Below are positions 42,448 to 51,528 of a stretch of 64,000 nt of DNA, in pieces. This DNA is from an uncultured Methanomicrobiaceae archaeon (GTDB taxonomy: Archaea > Halobacteriota > Methanomicrobia > Methanomicrobiales > Methanoculleaceae). Within the stretch, counting starts at the first letter, position 1, and every line of letters begins with the position of its first letter. The DNA is taken from the NCBI GenBank assembly GCA_963826525.1, contig CAWGXH010000004.1, positions 640,001-704,000 of the forward strand, given 5' to 3'. The translations under genes and the position numbers were made by a program. Under the pieces are notes generated by a model. That model did no database searches, had not been told where the DNA came from, and worked only from the letters and a program-made list of their open reading frames with translations.

Positions 42448-43965
42448 TCAGGGGGTAAGCGCCCAGGCAGGCAGTTCGACCGACGGGATCCCGAGCGCCC
42501 ACATGACCACGGTGAAGAGGAAGGACGTCAAGAGCGCGACCCCGATGATATCGAGCACCCATCCCGAGCGCAGGAGGTCGCCTGATCCGAGGTAGCCGCT
42601 CCCGTAGGCGATGGCGTTCGGGGGGGTCGCCACCGGGAGCATAAACGCAAGCGACGAACAGACCGCCGCGGTGATCATCAGCAGGTAAGGGTTCACCCCC
42701 ATACTGACGGCGGTCACCGCCATGATCGGCATCAGGACGGCAGCCATTGCGGTGTTCGATGCGATCTCCGTCGCGAGCGAGACGCCGATAGCCACAATCA
42801 GGACCACGAGGATCAGCGGGAGGCCGTTGAAGAGGGTGAGCCACTTCACGATCTCGGCGGCAAGCCCGCTCTTGATGAACGCATTCGAGAGCGCGATGCC
42901 GCCGCCGAAGAGGATAAGAATACCCCACGGGATCTTCACCGCCCACTTCCAGTCCATCGTGAAGATCCCCTTCTTCGCATTGACGGGGAGGACGAAGAGA
43001 AGGAACGCCCCTGCAATCGCGATGGTGGAGTCGTGGATACCGGGGAAGAGCATATCAAGCCCGGGGATGGTGAAGTCCCCGATATGTTTCGTCGTTTCGA
43101 AGATCCATGCAAGAGCGGTCAGGACGAAGATGATGAGCGTCCATACCTCACCCGTCGACATCGCCCCCATCTTTTCAAGCTCGATCGCGATGACGCCTTT
43201 CGCCTCGGGAAGGGTTTTGGTCATGCCCCGGTACGGGACGTAGGTGAGCCAGAGCCAGGCCAGGATGAGGAATATGGCGGCGAAGGGGACACCGAACTTC
43301 ATCCAGGAGAAGAAGTCGACCGTCGGGGCGTCGGGAAAGAGCGTCTCGACCTGTGCAAGGAAGATGCCGTTCGGCGGTGTCCCGATAAGCGTGGCGATAC
43401 CCCCGATACTCGCCGCATAGGGGATCGAGATGATGAGGCATTTGGCGAGGGAGCCCTGCTCTTCGGTGAGGTTCTCGAGTTTCTTGTTCGTCTCGGGGAT
43501 GATGGTGATAATGATGGCGACGGCGATCGGGATCATCATCATGGCGGTGGCGGTATTCGAGATCCACATCGAGAGGAACGCGGTGGCGACCATGAACCCG
43601 AGGACCAGCCGTTTCGGGCTCGTCCCGACAACCTTGATGATATGCAGGGCCATACGCCGGTGCAATCCCCAACGCTGCATGGACATGGCGATAATGAAGC
43701 CGCCGAGGAAGAGGAAGATGACCTTATCGCCGTACGACGTCGCCGCCTCCGTCGGTGTGAGAACGCCGAGCAGCGGAAAGAGTGCCAGCGGCAAGAGGGC
43801 GGTCGCCTCGAGCGGAATGACGGCGGTGACCCAGAGCAGCACCATCAGGACGGTCACCGCGGTCACGTAACGCGCCTCCACCGGCATCACGGACGGATCG
43901 ATCGGCGCAAAGAGGATTGCAAGAAAGACCAGCAGTGATGCAGCAAGGAGGGCGACTTTGTTCAT
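42448..43965 (-). CDS. DASS/SLC13 sodium:dicarboxylate/sulfate symporter
   Basis: SMWISNTAT, TLIGTPPN, TEIASNTA, MLPVATPPNAI. Confidence 0.92.
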   Translation of the reverse strand: MNKVALLAASLLVFLAILFAPIDPSVMPVEARYVTAVTVLMVLLWVTAVIPLEATALLPLALFPLLGVLTPTEAATSYGDKVIFLFLGGFIIAMSMQRWGLHRRMALHIIKVVGTSPKRLVLGFMVATAFLSMWISNTATAMMMIPIAVAIIITIIPETNKKLENLTEEQGSLAKCLIISIPYAASIGGIATLIGTPPNGIFLAQVETLFPDAPTVDFFSWMKFGVPFAAIFLILAWLWLTYVPYRGMTKTLPEAKGVIAIELEKMGAMSTGEVWTLIIFVLTALAWIFETTKHIGDFTIPGLDMLFPGIHDSTIAIAGAFLLFVLPVNAKKGIFTMDWKWAVKIPWGILILFGGGIALSNAFIKSGLAAEIVKWLTLFNGLPLILVVLIVAIGVSLATEIASNTAMAAVLMPIMAVTAVSMGVNPYLLMITAAVCSSLAFMLPVATPPNAIAYGSGYLGSGDLLRSGWVLDIIGVALLTSFLFTVVMWALGIPSVELPAWALTP

Positions 43966-44219
43966 CCGGAAAAACTGGGCTGGTGAATTATTTAAGCATA
44001 CGGAAACGCAGCAGAACCCAGGACCTCGAAAAGAGTGAAGGCTAATCCGTGTTTTCCATGCAAGACGCTCCTCCCGCCCATACTGCGGAGCCGGTCCGTA
44101 TCGCCGATCTCTCTTCGGATCCGAACCTGCGACGCGCTGTCGTCGGCTCTGTCGCTTCACGAGCGAAACTGACCGGGATTCGATGCATATATACAGGTGG
44201 AGAAGTGAATACGTCCATT

Positions 44220-45258
44220 ATGTCTGCAGATACCATACGCAGTATCCCGGCCTTCCTGCCGCGAGCAGGGACAGTGCTGGCCGTGCTTCTTCTCTGCACG
44301 CTCGCTCTCTCCCTCTGCGCCGCCCCGGCCGGAGCCCGCAGTCCGAACATCAACGATATCCAGCCCTACGACACGATCTTCGTCTACGAAGAGAACCTCA
44401 ATCTCTCAGCGCTTCGAAACCAGACGACCAACACCCCGATCACAGCGCTGCGGAAGTACCAGGATGACAACCCTGCCCGGTCGCTCATCAACGACATCGC
44501 CGTTTCCGACGATACGGACTTTACCCTCCAGCCTATCGAGGTCGGAGACATGTATGGCGTCTACTACGCCTTCAGCCCGACCGACGGGGTAACCCGGCAG
44601 ATCCTGATCCGGGAGCCGACGGTCTTCCTCGATGTGGTGCTGGCAAACCCATACCATGCGGATTCGGTTGACGGCCTTACCATCTCCGAGAATACGCCGC
44701 TTGCGTTCAAGATCATCTCGCCTGACGTCGGGTCGTCCTACCACGCCGGCACCACCTACCCAGCGACGGTCGAGCTCGTGATCACCTCGCCCGGCGGCGC
44801 CCAGAGTACCATCATCGGCGGCCGGGATATGAGCAGCATCAACCTCACCGCCTCGCAGGTCTACACCGACGATCCCGGAAACCCGGGGGCGTTCAGCCTC
44901 ACCGGGCTTGAGCAGGGGACCTACTCAGTGCAGGCACGCTGGAACGAGCCGCAGTCCTTCGCCGACTCAGGCAGAGGATTCCGAAACGGTGACCTTCACC
45001 GTCGGAAACCGGGTCGGCATCAATACGGGAACCCCGACGCCGACTGAAACTCCGACGGCCGTTCCGACGACCACGCCCGCTACGCCCGTCCCGACCGTGA
45101 CGACGCCGGCCACTGTCTCCCCGACGACGCCCGCAACCACGGTGACGACCGCCGCCCCGGTGACGACGGAACCGACGCCGACAGCGACCCCGGTCTCGCT
45201 CATCACGGTGATCGGTGCACTCGGCATCGCTGTCGCTTTTGCCGTCAGGCGCCGGTGA
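44220..45258 (+). CDS. DUF3821-like surface glycoprotein with Thr-rich linker and C-terminal anchor (frameshift near 44966)
   Basis: Signal peptide; DTIFVYEENLNLS; TPVSLITVIGALGIAVAFAVRRR tail. Confidence 0.75.
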
Positions 45259-45280
45259 AAAAAAACATTTTTAAAAAGAT

Positions 45281-45601
45281 TTACCGGCAGCCGCCGCTCC
45301 CACAGGGGCCGCCCGCTGCACGGTATTCTATCGCGTCGAGCGCCGCGAGCGCCCACTTCCGAACCCCGGGATCGTCGTCGGCCGCGGCGGCGGCGAGCGC
45401 ACCGGTGGTTGCCGGATCGCCGATCAATCCGAGCGTATACACCGCCCACATCCGGAGGCGGGGGTCGCTGTCGGCGAGTACCGGAGCCAGATCTTCGACC
45501 GCCGGGCTTCCCATATCGGCCAGGGCCCACGCCGCGGCCATCCGGTCGGTGCTCGTCCCGTTTCGCAGAACCGCGATCAGGTTTTGGCCATCTTCGGTCA
45601 T
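45281..45601 (-). CDS. HEAT repeat protein
   Basis: RMAAAWALADMG, RMWAVYTLGLIGD, VRKWALAAL. Confidence 0.8.
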   Translation of the reverse strand: MTEDGQNLIAVLRNGTSTDRMAAAWALADMGSPAVEDLAPVLADSDPRLRMWAVYTLGLIGDPATTGALAAAAADDDPGVRKWALAALDAIEYRAAGGPCGSGGCR

Positions 45602-45608
45602 GGAACGC

Positions 45609-45983
45609 TCAGTCGGCCTCGTCGGAACGGATCGTCCTTCCCCTGCCGGGCGAGGTCTCGACGAAGACCTCGTCCATACTCATGTAGATCGGAAAGACCT
45701 CGTGAACCCCGGCAAGCGTGAACACCTTGTAAACGTCGGCGTTCGGTGCACAGAGGGCCATCTCGCCCTCTTCGCGTTTGAGTCCCTTGAACTTGGCCAG
45801 CAATACCCGTAGACCGCTGCTGCTCATGTAGACCGCTTTTTCAAGGTTGACCAGCACCTTCTTCTTTCCCCGCCCGATGACACCCGTCAAGGCTTCGTCA
45901 AGTCCTTCGGCCGACGCGGCATCGATCCTTCCTTCGACCGTGACGATCGTTGCACCGTCCTGCTCACGAATATCCACATCCAT
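45609..45983 (-). CDS. STAS anti-anti-sigma-type protein (RsbV-like)
   Basis: VEGRIDA, VYMSSSGLRVLL, VYKVFTLAG. Confidence 0.9.
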   Translation of the reverse strand: MDVDIREQDGATIVTVEGRIDAASAEGLDEALTGVIGRGKKKVLVNLEKAVYMSSSGLRVLLAKFKGLKREEGEMALCAPNADVYKVFTLAGVHEVFPIYMSMDEVFVETSPGRGRTIRSDEAD

Positions 45984-46186
45984 AACTACCGGATCTCCCC
46001 ACGCGGAAGACGGAAAATCGTCCCCACGATGTATACCATCACGTGTGTGCCGCTGCAATAAAATCGTGTGCCTTCCGGAAGGTACAGCACGCTGCCGCAC
46101 CGCTTCCCCCCAATGAGTTCGGAAATCTTCGAAGTTAAAGAAATATACTTACCTTGAGAGCGATAACGTCTCTTCTGTCGATGCAT

Positions 46187-46696
46187 ATGACGAATCGGAA
46201 CACCATCTACCTGATCACAGGGCTGCTGGTCGCCGGTGCCGTGCTGGCATGCGGCTGCCTCGGTCAGGATGCGGCAAACCAGGAGCAGCAGATCGTCGCG
46301 GCGAACGGAACGATCACCTACGTCGACCTCGAAGGCGGATTCTACGGTATCGTCGCCGAAGACGGCACCAGGTACCTTCCCCTGAACCTCTCCGAAGAGT
46401 ACAGGGTCGACGGTATGAACGTCACCTTCGTGGCCAGTGTTCAGGAGGACACCGTCACCATCCAGCAGTGGGGAACCCCGGTCGAGATCCTCTCGATCGA
46501 GGAGACAGACGCCGTCGCCCCGGCGGAACCGGCCGGAGGGATGATCGGCCTTGCAGACCCGGCTGCGGTCTACTGCCAGGAACAGGGCCATGCCTACGAG
46601 ATCCGGAAGAACCCCGACGGCAGCGAGTATGGTGTCTGTATCCTTGAAAACGGCACCGAAGTGGACGCCTGGGAATTCTACTACCAGAACCACTGA
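46187..46696 (+). CDS. Lipoprotein with DUF333 domain
   Basis: Lipobox ACGC; LEGGFYGI; ADPAAVYCQEQG...GVCILENG...DAWEFY. Confidence 0.85.
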   Translation: MTNRNTIYLITGLLVAGAVLACGCLGQDAANQEQQIVAANGTITYVDLEGGFYGIVAEDGTRYLPLNLSEEYRVDGMNVTFVASVQEDTVTIQQWGTPVEILSIEETDAVAPAEPAGGMIGLADPAAVYCQEQGHAYEIRKNPDGSEYGVCILENGTEVDAWEFYYQNH

Positions 46697-46715
46697 CTTT
46701 TTTAAAAAAAGAGAA

Positions 46716-48530
46716 CTAGCGGCCGCCGACGCCGCCCCCACCGAAACCGCCGCCGCCGCCAAAGCCACCGCCGCCGAAGCCGCCACCCCCGCCGCCGCTG
46801 CTTGGCGGAGAGAAGGCGACGATCGGGACGAAGATAAACGGCATCCGCGAGTAGAGCGGCACCCCTGCATCGGGGAGGGAGACGTTCAGGTCGCGCATCG
46901 CCGCTTCCACCTTATCACCGACACCAAGAGCGGTGCCGTAGACCAGCCACTCGCCCCACTGGGAGATGTCGCCCGGAGAGTACTTCCGCATCAGAGCGAG
47001 ATCGGAGAGGAAGTAGGCGAAAGCATCCCACTGCAGTTTCTCCCGGTACCGGTCGTCTTTCCAGTGTCCAAAGAGTGTCGCCGGGAAGAGCGCCGCGATG
47101 CCGACCTGCACGCCCACGATGAAGAAGAGGACGACCGCCGGGATCAGCAGGTACGCGGCTCCCGGTGCTAAGATGAGGTTCAGCAGCGCAAGGCCGCAGG
47201 GGATAGCGCCGAGGAATATAAAAGGAAGCACCAGATCCCTGCCGTCGACGATGTAGCGCCGGGAGATGGTCGCATCGACATCCCTCCGGAGGGCCGAGAG
47301 CGTCTGCTGATAGGTCATGATCCGGTGCTGCGAACCCGGACTCCGCCGGGCGACCTCCGCGAGGTTCTTGAGCTCATCGGTATCCACCACGTGATCGTCG
47401 GCGATATTTCCGAGGAAGTTGAGCACCCGCTGCTCATACCGGTCATCCGAGCTGGTTGTGAGGAGCCGGATGATGACGCCGCCGCCCTGTTTCTCCTCCA
47501 CCCGGATAAGCTCTCGACGGTGCAGATCGAGCAGGGTTGCATAGAGTCCGTTCTCGTCGAAATCGACGGCATCGCCCTTGAAGAGGAGGTTCACCTGCCA
47601 GGGCTTGAGTGCGGGGTCGGGGACGAAGCTCAGGTATTCGGGGACGACGAAGGGCTTCTCCCGCCCATAGCGGTAATAGACGCCGAGAAGGATGAAGGGC
47701 GTCGCCAGTACCAGCGCGAATGCCCCCGCATTCAGAGCGGCGGCCACGGCATACAAAATCCCTGCCCAGCGGTTCGCATCCTCGGTCTGCTGCCGCACGT
47801 TCTCCACGAAGACCGGAAACCCGTCGATCTCTTCCAGGAACACCTTATCCGCAAGGATCTCGACGTTCAGCGGCTCATCCGCCGGGACGCTCCCGGTGAT
47901 GACGATCGAGTTTCCGACACGCTCCTGCCGGAGCGTCGGCGGGTGGAGGAAGACCTCTTCGACGAACATGGCGGGGATGGTGATCCGCACATTCTCGTAG
48001 GGGACATGCTCGTCCACGAGCCGCAGGTTCAGGTGCGCCCAGTCGTCGTCGTCCTCGATCGGGGGATGGACGACGAAACGGTACTCCGAGGGGTACAGAC
48101 CTGCCGGGAAGTAGCCGGGGTCGTAGGCACCGACTTCGTTCTCAAAGGCAAGGTCTCTGATAACCGCTACCTCAGCGGGATCGGCGCTTCCGACTATCCG
48201 TACCTGGCCGGTGTAATCCCTGGCATAGCCGGTCGTCCCTTCGGGCACGGTGAGCCCGAGAAACTCGATATGCGGGCTGTTTATCGGCTCGAATGTAAGG
48301 GGCTCATCCCAGAACCGAAAGAGCATCCTGTACTCGCCCGACTGCCGTACGTCGTAGGCGTAATCCTCGACGAGCGTGCCGTTTGCGGAGAAGGTCGCCT
48401 CGTACTCCTGGATCACGAGGTCGCCCTCGAGGAGCTGAGGGAGAGCACCTGCTCCGACGAACGCCAGCACCCCGATCGCCAGGGTTATCGCAACGAGCGC
48501 TGCGATCTGCTGCTTCTCACTGATTGCCAT
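46716..48530 (-). CDS. DUF2207 membrane protein
   Basis: ATLLDLHRR, WGEWLVYGTALGV, Gly-rich GGFGGG tail; follows lemA. Confidence 0.88.
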   Translation of the reverse strand: MAISEKQQIAALVAITLAIGVLAFVGAGALPQLLEGDLVIQEYEATFSANGTLVEDYAYDVRQSGEYRMLFRFWDEPLTFEPINSPHIEFLGLTVPEGTTGYARDYTGQVRIVGSADPAEVAVIRDLAFENEVGAYDPGYFPAGLYPSEYRFVVHPPIEDDDDWAHLNLRLVDEHVPYENVRITIPAMFVEEVFLHPPTLRQERVGNSIVITGSVPADEPLNVEILADKVFLEEIDGFPVFVENVRQQTEDANRWAGILYAVAAALNAGAFALVLATPFILLGVYYRYGREKPFVVPEYLSFVPDPALKPWQVNLLFKGDAVDFDENGLYATLLDLHRRELIRVEEKQGGGVIIRLLTTSSDDRYEQRVLNFLGNIADDHVVDTDELKNLAEVARRSPGSQHRIMTYQQTLSALRRDVDATISRRYIVDGRDLVLPFIFLGAIPCGLALLNLILAPGAAYLLIPAVVLFFIVGVQVGIAALFPATLFGHWKDDRYREKLQWDAFAYFLSDLALMRKYSPGDISQWGEWLVYGTALGVGDKVEAAMRDLNVSLPDAGVPLYSRMPFIFVPIVAFSPPSSGGGGGGFGGGGFGGGGGFGGGGVGGR

Positions 48531-48536
48531 GGCCGT

Positions 48537-49103
48537 TTAGAACTCTATCTTCGGTGGTCTCTGGATCTCCTCCTCAAACTCAAGATACTGCAGTTTCTGG
48601 AAACCCAGGACGCTTGCGATGAGGTTTGAGGGGATGGTATCGGTCATGGTATTGTACTGCTGCGCGATGTTGTTGTAGGTATACCGCTGGCGTCCGATCT
48701 CGTCTTCGATGCTCCGGACGGAGCCCATCAGGCTCTGCACCGTCTGCGAGGTCTTGAGGTCGGGGTAGTTCTCGGCGACGGCGATGAGCCGGCCGAGGAT
48801 GGACCGGGACTCCCGCTCCACCTCATTAAGGTCGCCGGGGCCTGCAGAGGCTACGCCGCTCCTCATGGCGGTTACCTTCGTGAGTGTCTCTTTCTCGAAG
48901 GCGGCGTAGCTCTTCACCGCCCCAAGAAGCTGCTCGATCATATCGAGCCGCTTCTTCATCGCAACCTTGACCTGCCCGAGGGTCGCCTCTGCAGAATTCT
49001 TGAGGGAGAAGAACCGGTTATAGATGCCCACAAACGACGCGGCAATGACGATGACGATCAGCACCACGACGACAAGAACGATCAGGGACAGAAAGTCAAC
49101 CAC
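48537..49103 (-). CDS. lemA: LemA family protein
   Basis: [33 protein letters not shown]. Confidence 0.92.
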   Translation of the reverse strand: MVDFLSLIVLVVVVLIVIVIAASFVGIYNRFFSLKNSAEATLGQVKVAMKKRLDMIEQLLGAVKSYAAFEKETLTKVTAMRSGVASAGPGDLNEVERESRSILGRLIAVAENYPDLKTSQTVQSLMGSVRSIEDEIGRQRYTYNNIAQQYNTMTDTIPSNLIASVLGFQKLQYLEFEEEIQRPPKIEF

Positions 49104-49221
49104 AGATGTTCACCGTACCAATATGGGCTCTCGACCCTATTTAAGGAGTCACCCTGCCGCAGTGATAGCGGTAATGAGAAAAAGCGGGTAATTCAGGGGA
49201 TAATGGGCGCATTCCCCAACG

Positions 49222-50886
49222 CTACTCCCCGACCTCTTCGCCCGAGCTGACCATCGCCACGACCCTTCCGGCAGTGTCGCGGAGCAGGGTGTTGTGCCAC
49301 AGAATCTGCCGCTCGTCGCCACTCGTCGTCAGCACCGGACTTACCTCGGACGATGACGGTTCGGCGTCCCCCGCCATCAGCCGCATGAAGTTGCCGCCGA
49401 GCCGCTCCCGGAGCCGTTCGGGGACGATTGCTGCAAACCAGTCCTTCCCGACGAGCTCCGCTTCGGTATACCCGAGGATCCGGCAGCCCTTCCGGTTCAT
49501 CAGCTCGATCCGGCCGTCGGCACCGATCACGGCGATCATCACCCCCGCAACGTCGAGGTAGCTCTGCGCACGGTCCCGCTGGGCGACGAGGAGATCTTCG
49601 GCGATCTTCCTGTCGGTGACGTCTTCGGCGATACCGAGCATATACTTCGCTTCACCCCGGGAGTCAGAGATCGGCACTTTCTTGACCCGGAGGATCCGCC
49701 CGCTCCCGTTCCCGACCAGGAACGTCTTCTCCAGCAGGCCGTTATTGTCGTTACCGAGGAACAACGCCATATCTTCGGGGAAGATATCTTTCGCGCACTT
49801 TCCGGCCATATCCTCGCTCGTCCTCCCCAGGAGCTCTACGGCGGCGTGATTGAAGAAGACGAACGTCTGCCCTTTGAGTTCTTTGACGAAGACCATACTC
49901 GGGATATTGTTCACGACGGAGTACAGGAACGACTTCCACTTCTTCACCTTCCGGATAGCATGCTGCCGTTCGGTGATATCACGGCAGACGAATCGGTACC
50001 CGGTGAATTCACCGATGATGTCGAAGACCGCCGTTCCGTTGGCCTCGAGGAACACCGGGCGGCCGTCTTTATGGAGCATGGTGCACTCAAAGAGAGTCGA
50101 CGACGGCGTTTCGGCGTTCAGCGACCGGAGCCAGTCCCGTGCCCGTTCCGCGTCACCGGGCGCCATGAAGTCGCATGGGGTCTTCCCGACCATCTCCTCG
50201 GGCGCGTAGCCGAGAAGGTCTCTGCTCTTCGGACTGACGTAGGTGAAGGTGCCGCTCTCGCTCAGGTTCCAGATGAGATCGTTGATGTTCTCGACGAGGG
50301 CGCGAAACATATTCTCGCTCTCCCGGAGCGCCTCCTCTGCCCGTTTCTTCTCGGAGATATCCTCAAGAATGATCGTCACCCCGGGCGAGCCGTCGTTGAA
50401 GACGGTCGGGAGGATCTTGATCCTGAAGAAGAAGATTTCGGTCTGCCGGACAAACCGGAGCTCTTCGACAAAATCCGCCCCATTGAGCGCCTGCGCGATC
50501 CGTGTCCTGATCAGAGGGTGATCGAAGGCGGCAAGCGGGGATCGAGCCATTTCTTTCCCAAGGAGGTCGTCACGGTCAGCACCGGCGAACGAGCAGGCCG
50601 CATCGTTCGCCTGCATTATCCGGGTCTCCCGGTCGATTACCACGACGATATCGGACGAGAAGTTCAGCATGGCAGAGATGGGCACCCGTTGCGAGAGGAA
50701 GAAAACTTTTGCCTTCCCGTAGGTTCTCATCTCCGCCTGACCCGAGATGAGCAGGACGTCAAGGTAGCGGGATACGGTATTTCTATTGACACCAACGGCT
50801 GCGGCGATGTCGGTCACAGACATTCCTCGCGGATTCGCCTTCAGCAGACTGATAATCGGAGGGAGTTCGTCAGAATACGGATCCAT
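49222..50886 (-). CDS. wHTH plus four-PAS one-component regulator
   Basis: GMSVTDIAAAVGVNRNTVSRYL followed by four PAS/PAC modules; no kinase domain. Confidence 0.85.
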   Translation of the reverse strand: MDPYSDELPPIISLLKANPRGMSVTDIAAAVGVNRNTVSRYLDVLLISGQAEMRTYGKAKVFFLSQRVPISAMLNFSSDIVVVIDRETRIMQANDAACSFAGADRDDLLGKEMARSPLAAFDHPLIRTRIAQALNGADFVEELRFVRQTEIFFFRIKILPTVFNDGSPGVTIILEDISEKKRAEEALRESENMFRALVENINDLIWNLSESGTFTYVSPKSRDLLGYAPEEMVGKTPCDFMAPGDAERARDWLRSLNAETPSSTLFECTMLHKDGRPVFLEANGTAVFDIIGEFTGYRFVCRDITERQHAIRKVKKWKSFLYSVVNNIPSMVFVKELKGQTFVFFNHAAVELLGRTSEDMAGKCAKDIFPEDMALFLGNDNNGLLEKTFLVGNGSGRILRVKKVPISDSRGEAKYMLGIAEDVTDRKIAEDLLVAQRDRAQSYLDVAGVMIAVIGADGRIELMNRKGCRILGYTEAELVGKDWFAAIVPERLRERLGGNFMRLMAGDAEPSSSEVSPVLTTSGDERQILWHNTLLRDTAGRVVAMVSSGEEVGE

Positions 50887-50990
50887 GCCGTACAATCATT
50901 CGTCGCAATGAGTATTAGTGCTTTGTCTGTTGCCATACCATAGCGAGAGCCATAACGAATGCACCAATGCCCCCGTTAATGCAATGCAAT

Positions 50991-51008
50991 AAAGGAAATG
51001 TTTATACG
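50991..51008 (+). promoter_or_regulatory. BRE plus TATA box (AAAGGAAATG-TTTATACG)
   Basis: Consensus archaeal promoter with no credible CDS in the next ~500 nt. Confidence 0.6.
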
Positions 51009-51026
51009 TGTATCGCACCAACACTT

Positions 51027-51345
51027 GATCCCCAGAGTCAGAAGAGATACGGGGAATCTCTCCGGACGTGCGGCATGGCCGCACGTCTGATCTGGCATGT
51101 TCGGCCGGAGTCGGCACAACTCCGGTCAAACGGACACCATTTACCACCAAACGTCAGGGTTCCCGTATCATCCCCCCGGAACCGAAGGGGGGCAGAGCGG
51201 CCCCACACCTCTCTACCGAAACAAAGCATCCGAAGCACGGAAGGGCGGGCGGCACAACCGCCCTCTTCGTAGCGTCCCATGGTTATCACACACCTCATCA
51301 CCCCCACCCTCGGAGAAAACACATACCGGCGATACGCCGGCAATC
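51027..51345 (+). ncRNA. Candidate structured non-coding RNA
   Basis: Closing stem 51046-55/51160-69, five hairpins, two with a CGGCACAA loop, downstream of a TATA box. Confidence 0.5.
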
Positions 51346-51528
51346 CATCTTTTCACTATTCACCCGGGGAGTTACGGAAGGACGACAGCGCCTCGCCCTC
51401 GCATCCTCAGTACCATAGATATATAGTTACCGAAACCAAACGACGGCATCTACCGGACTTTTTAGATATCTTTATACCATGAAAGCCGTAAGTCCTATTT
51501 GTTGACCCCGCCGTCAAAGGGATTTTCT

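Noticed and set aside
46716-46805. GCC-rich repeat tract
   Set aside because: Encodes the normal Gly-rich tail of DUF2207 proteins
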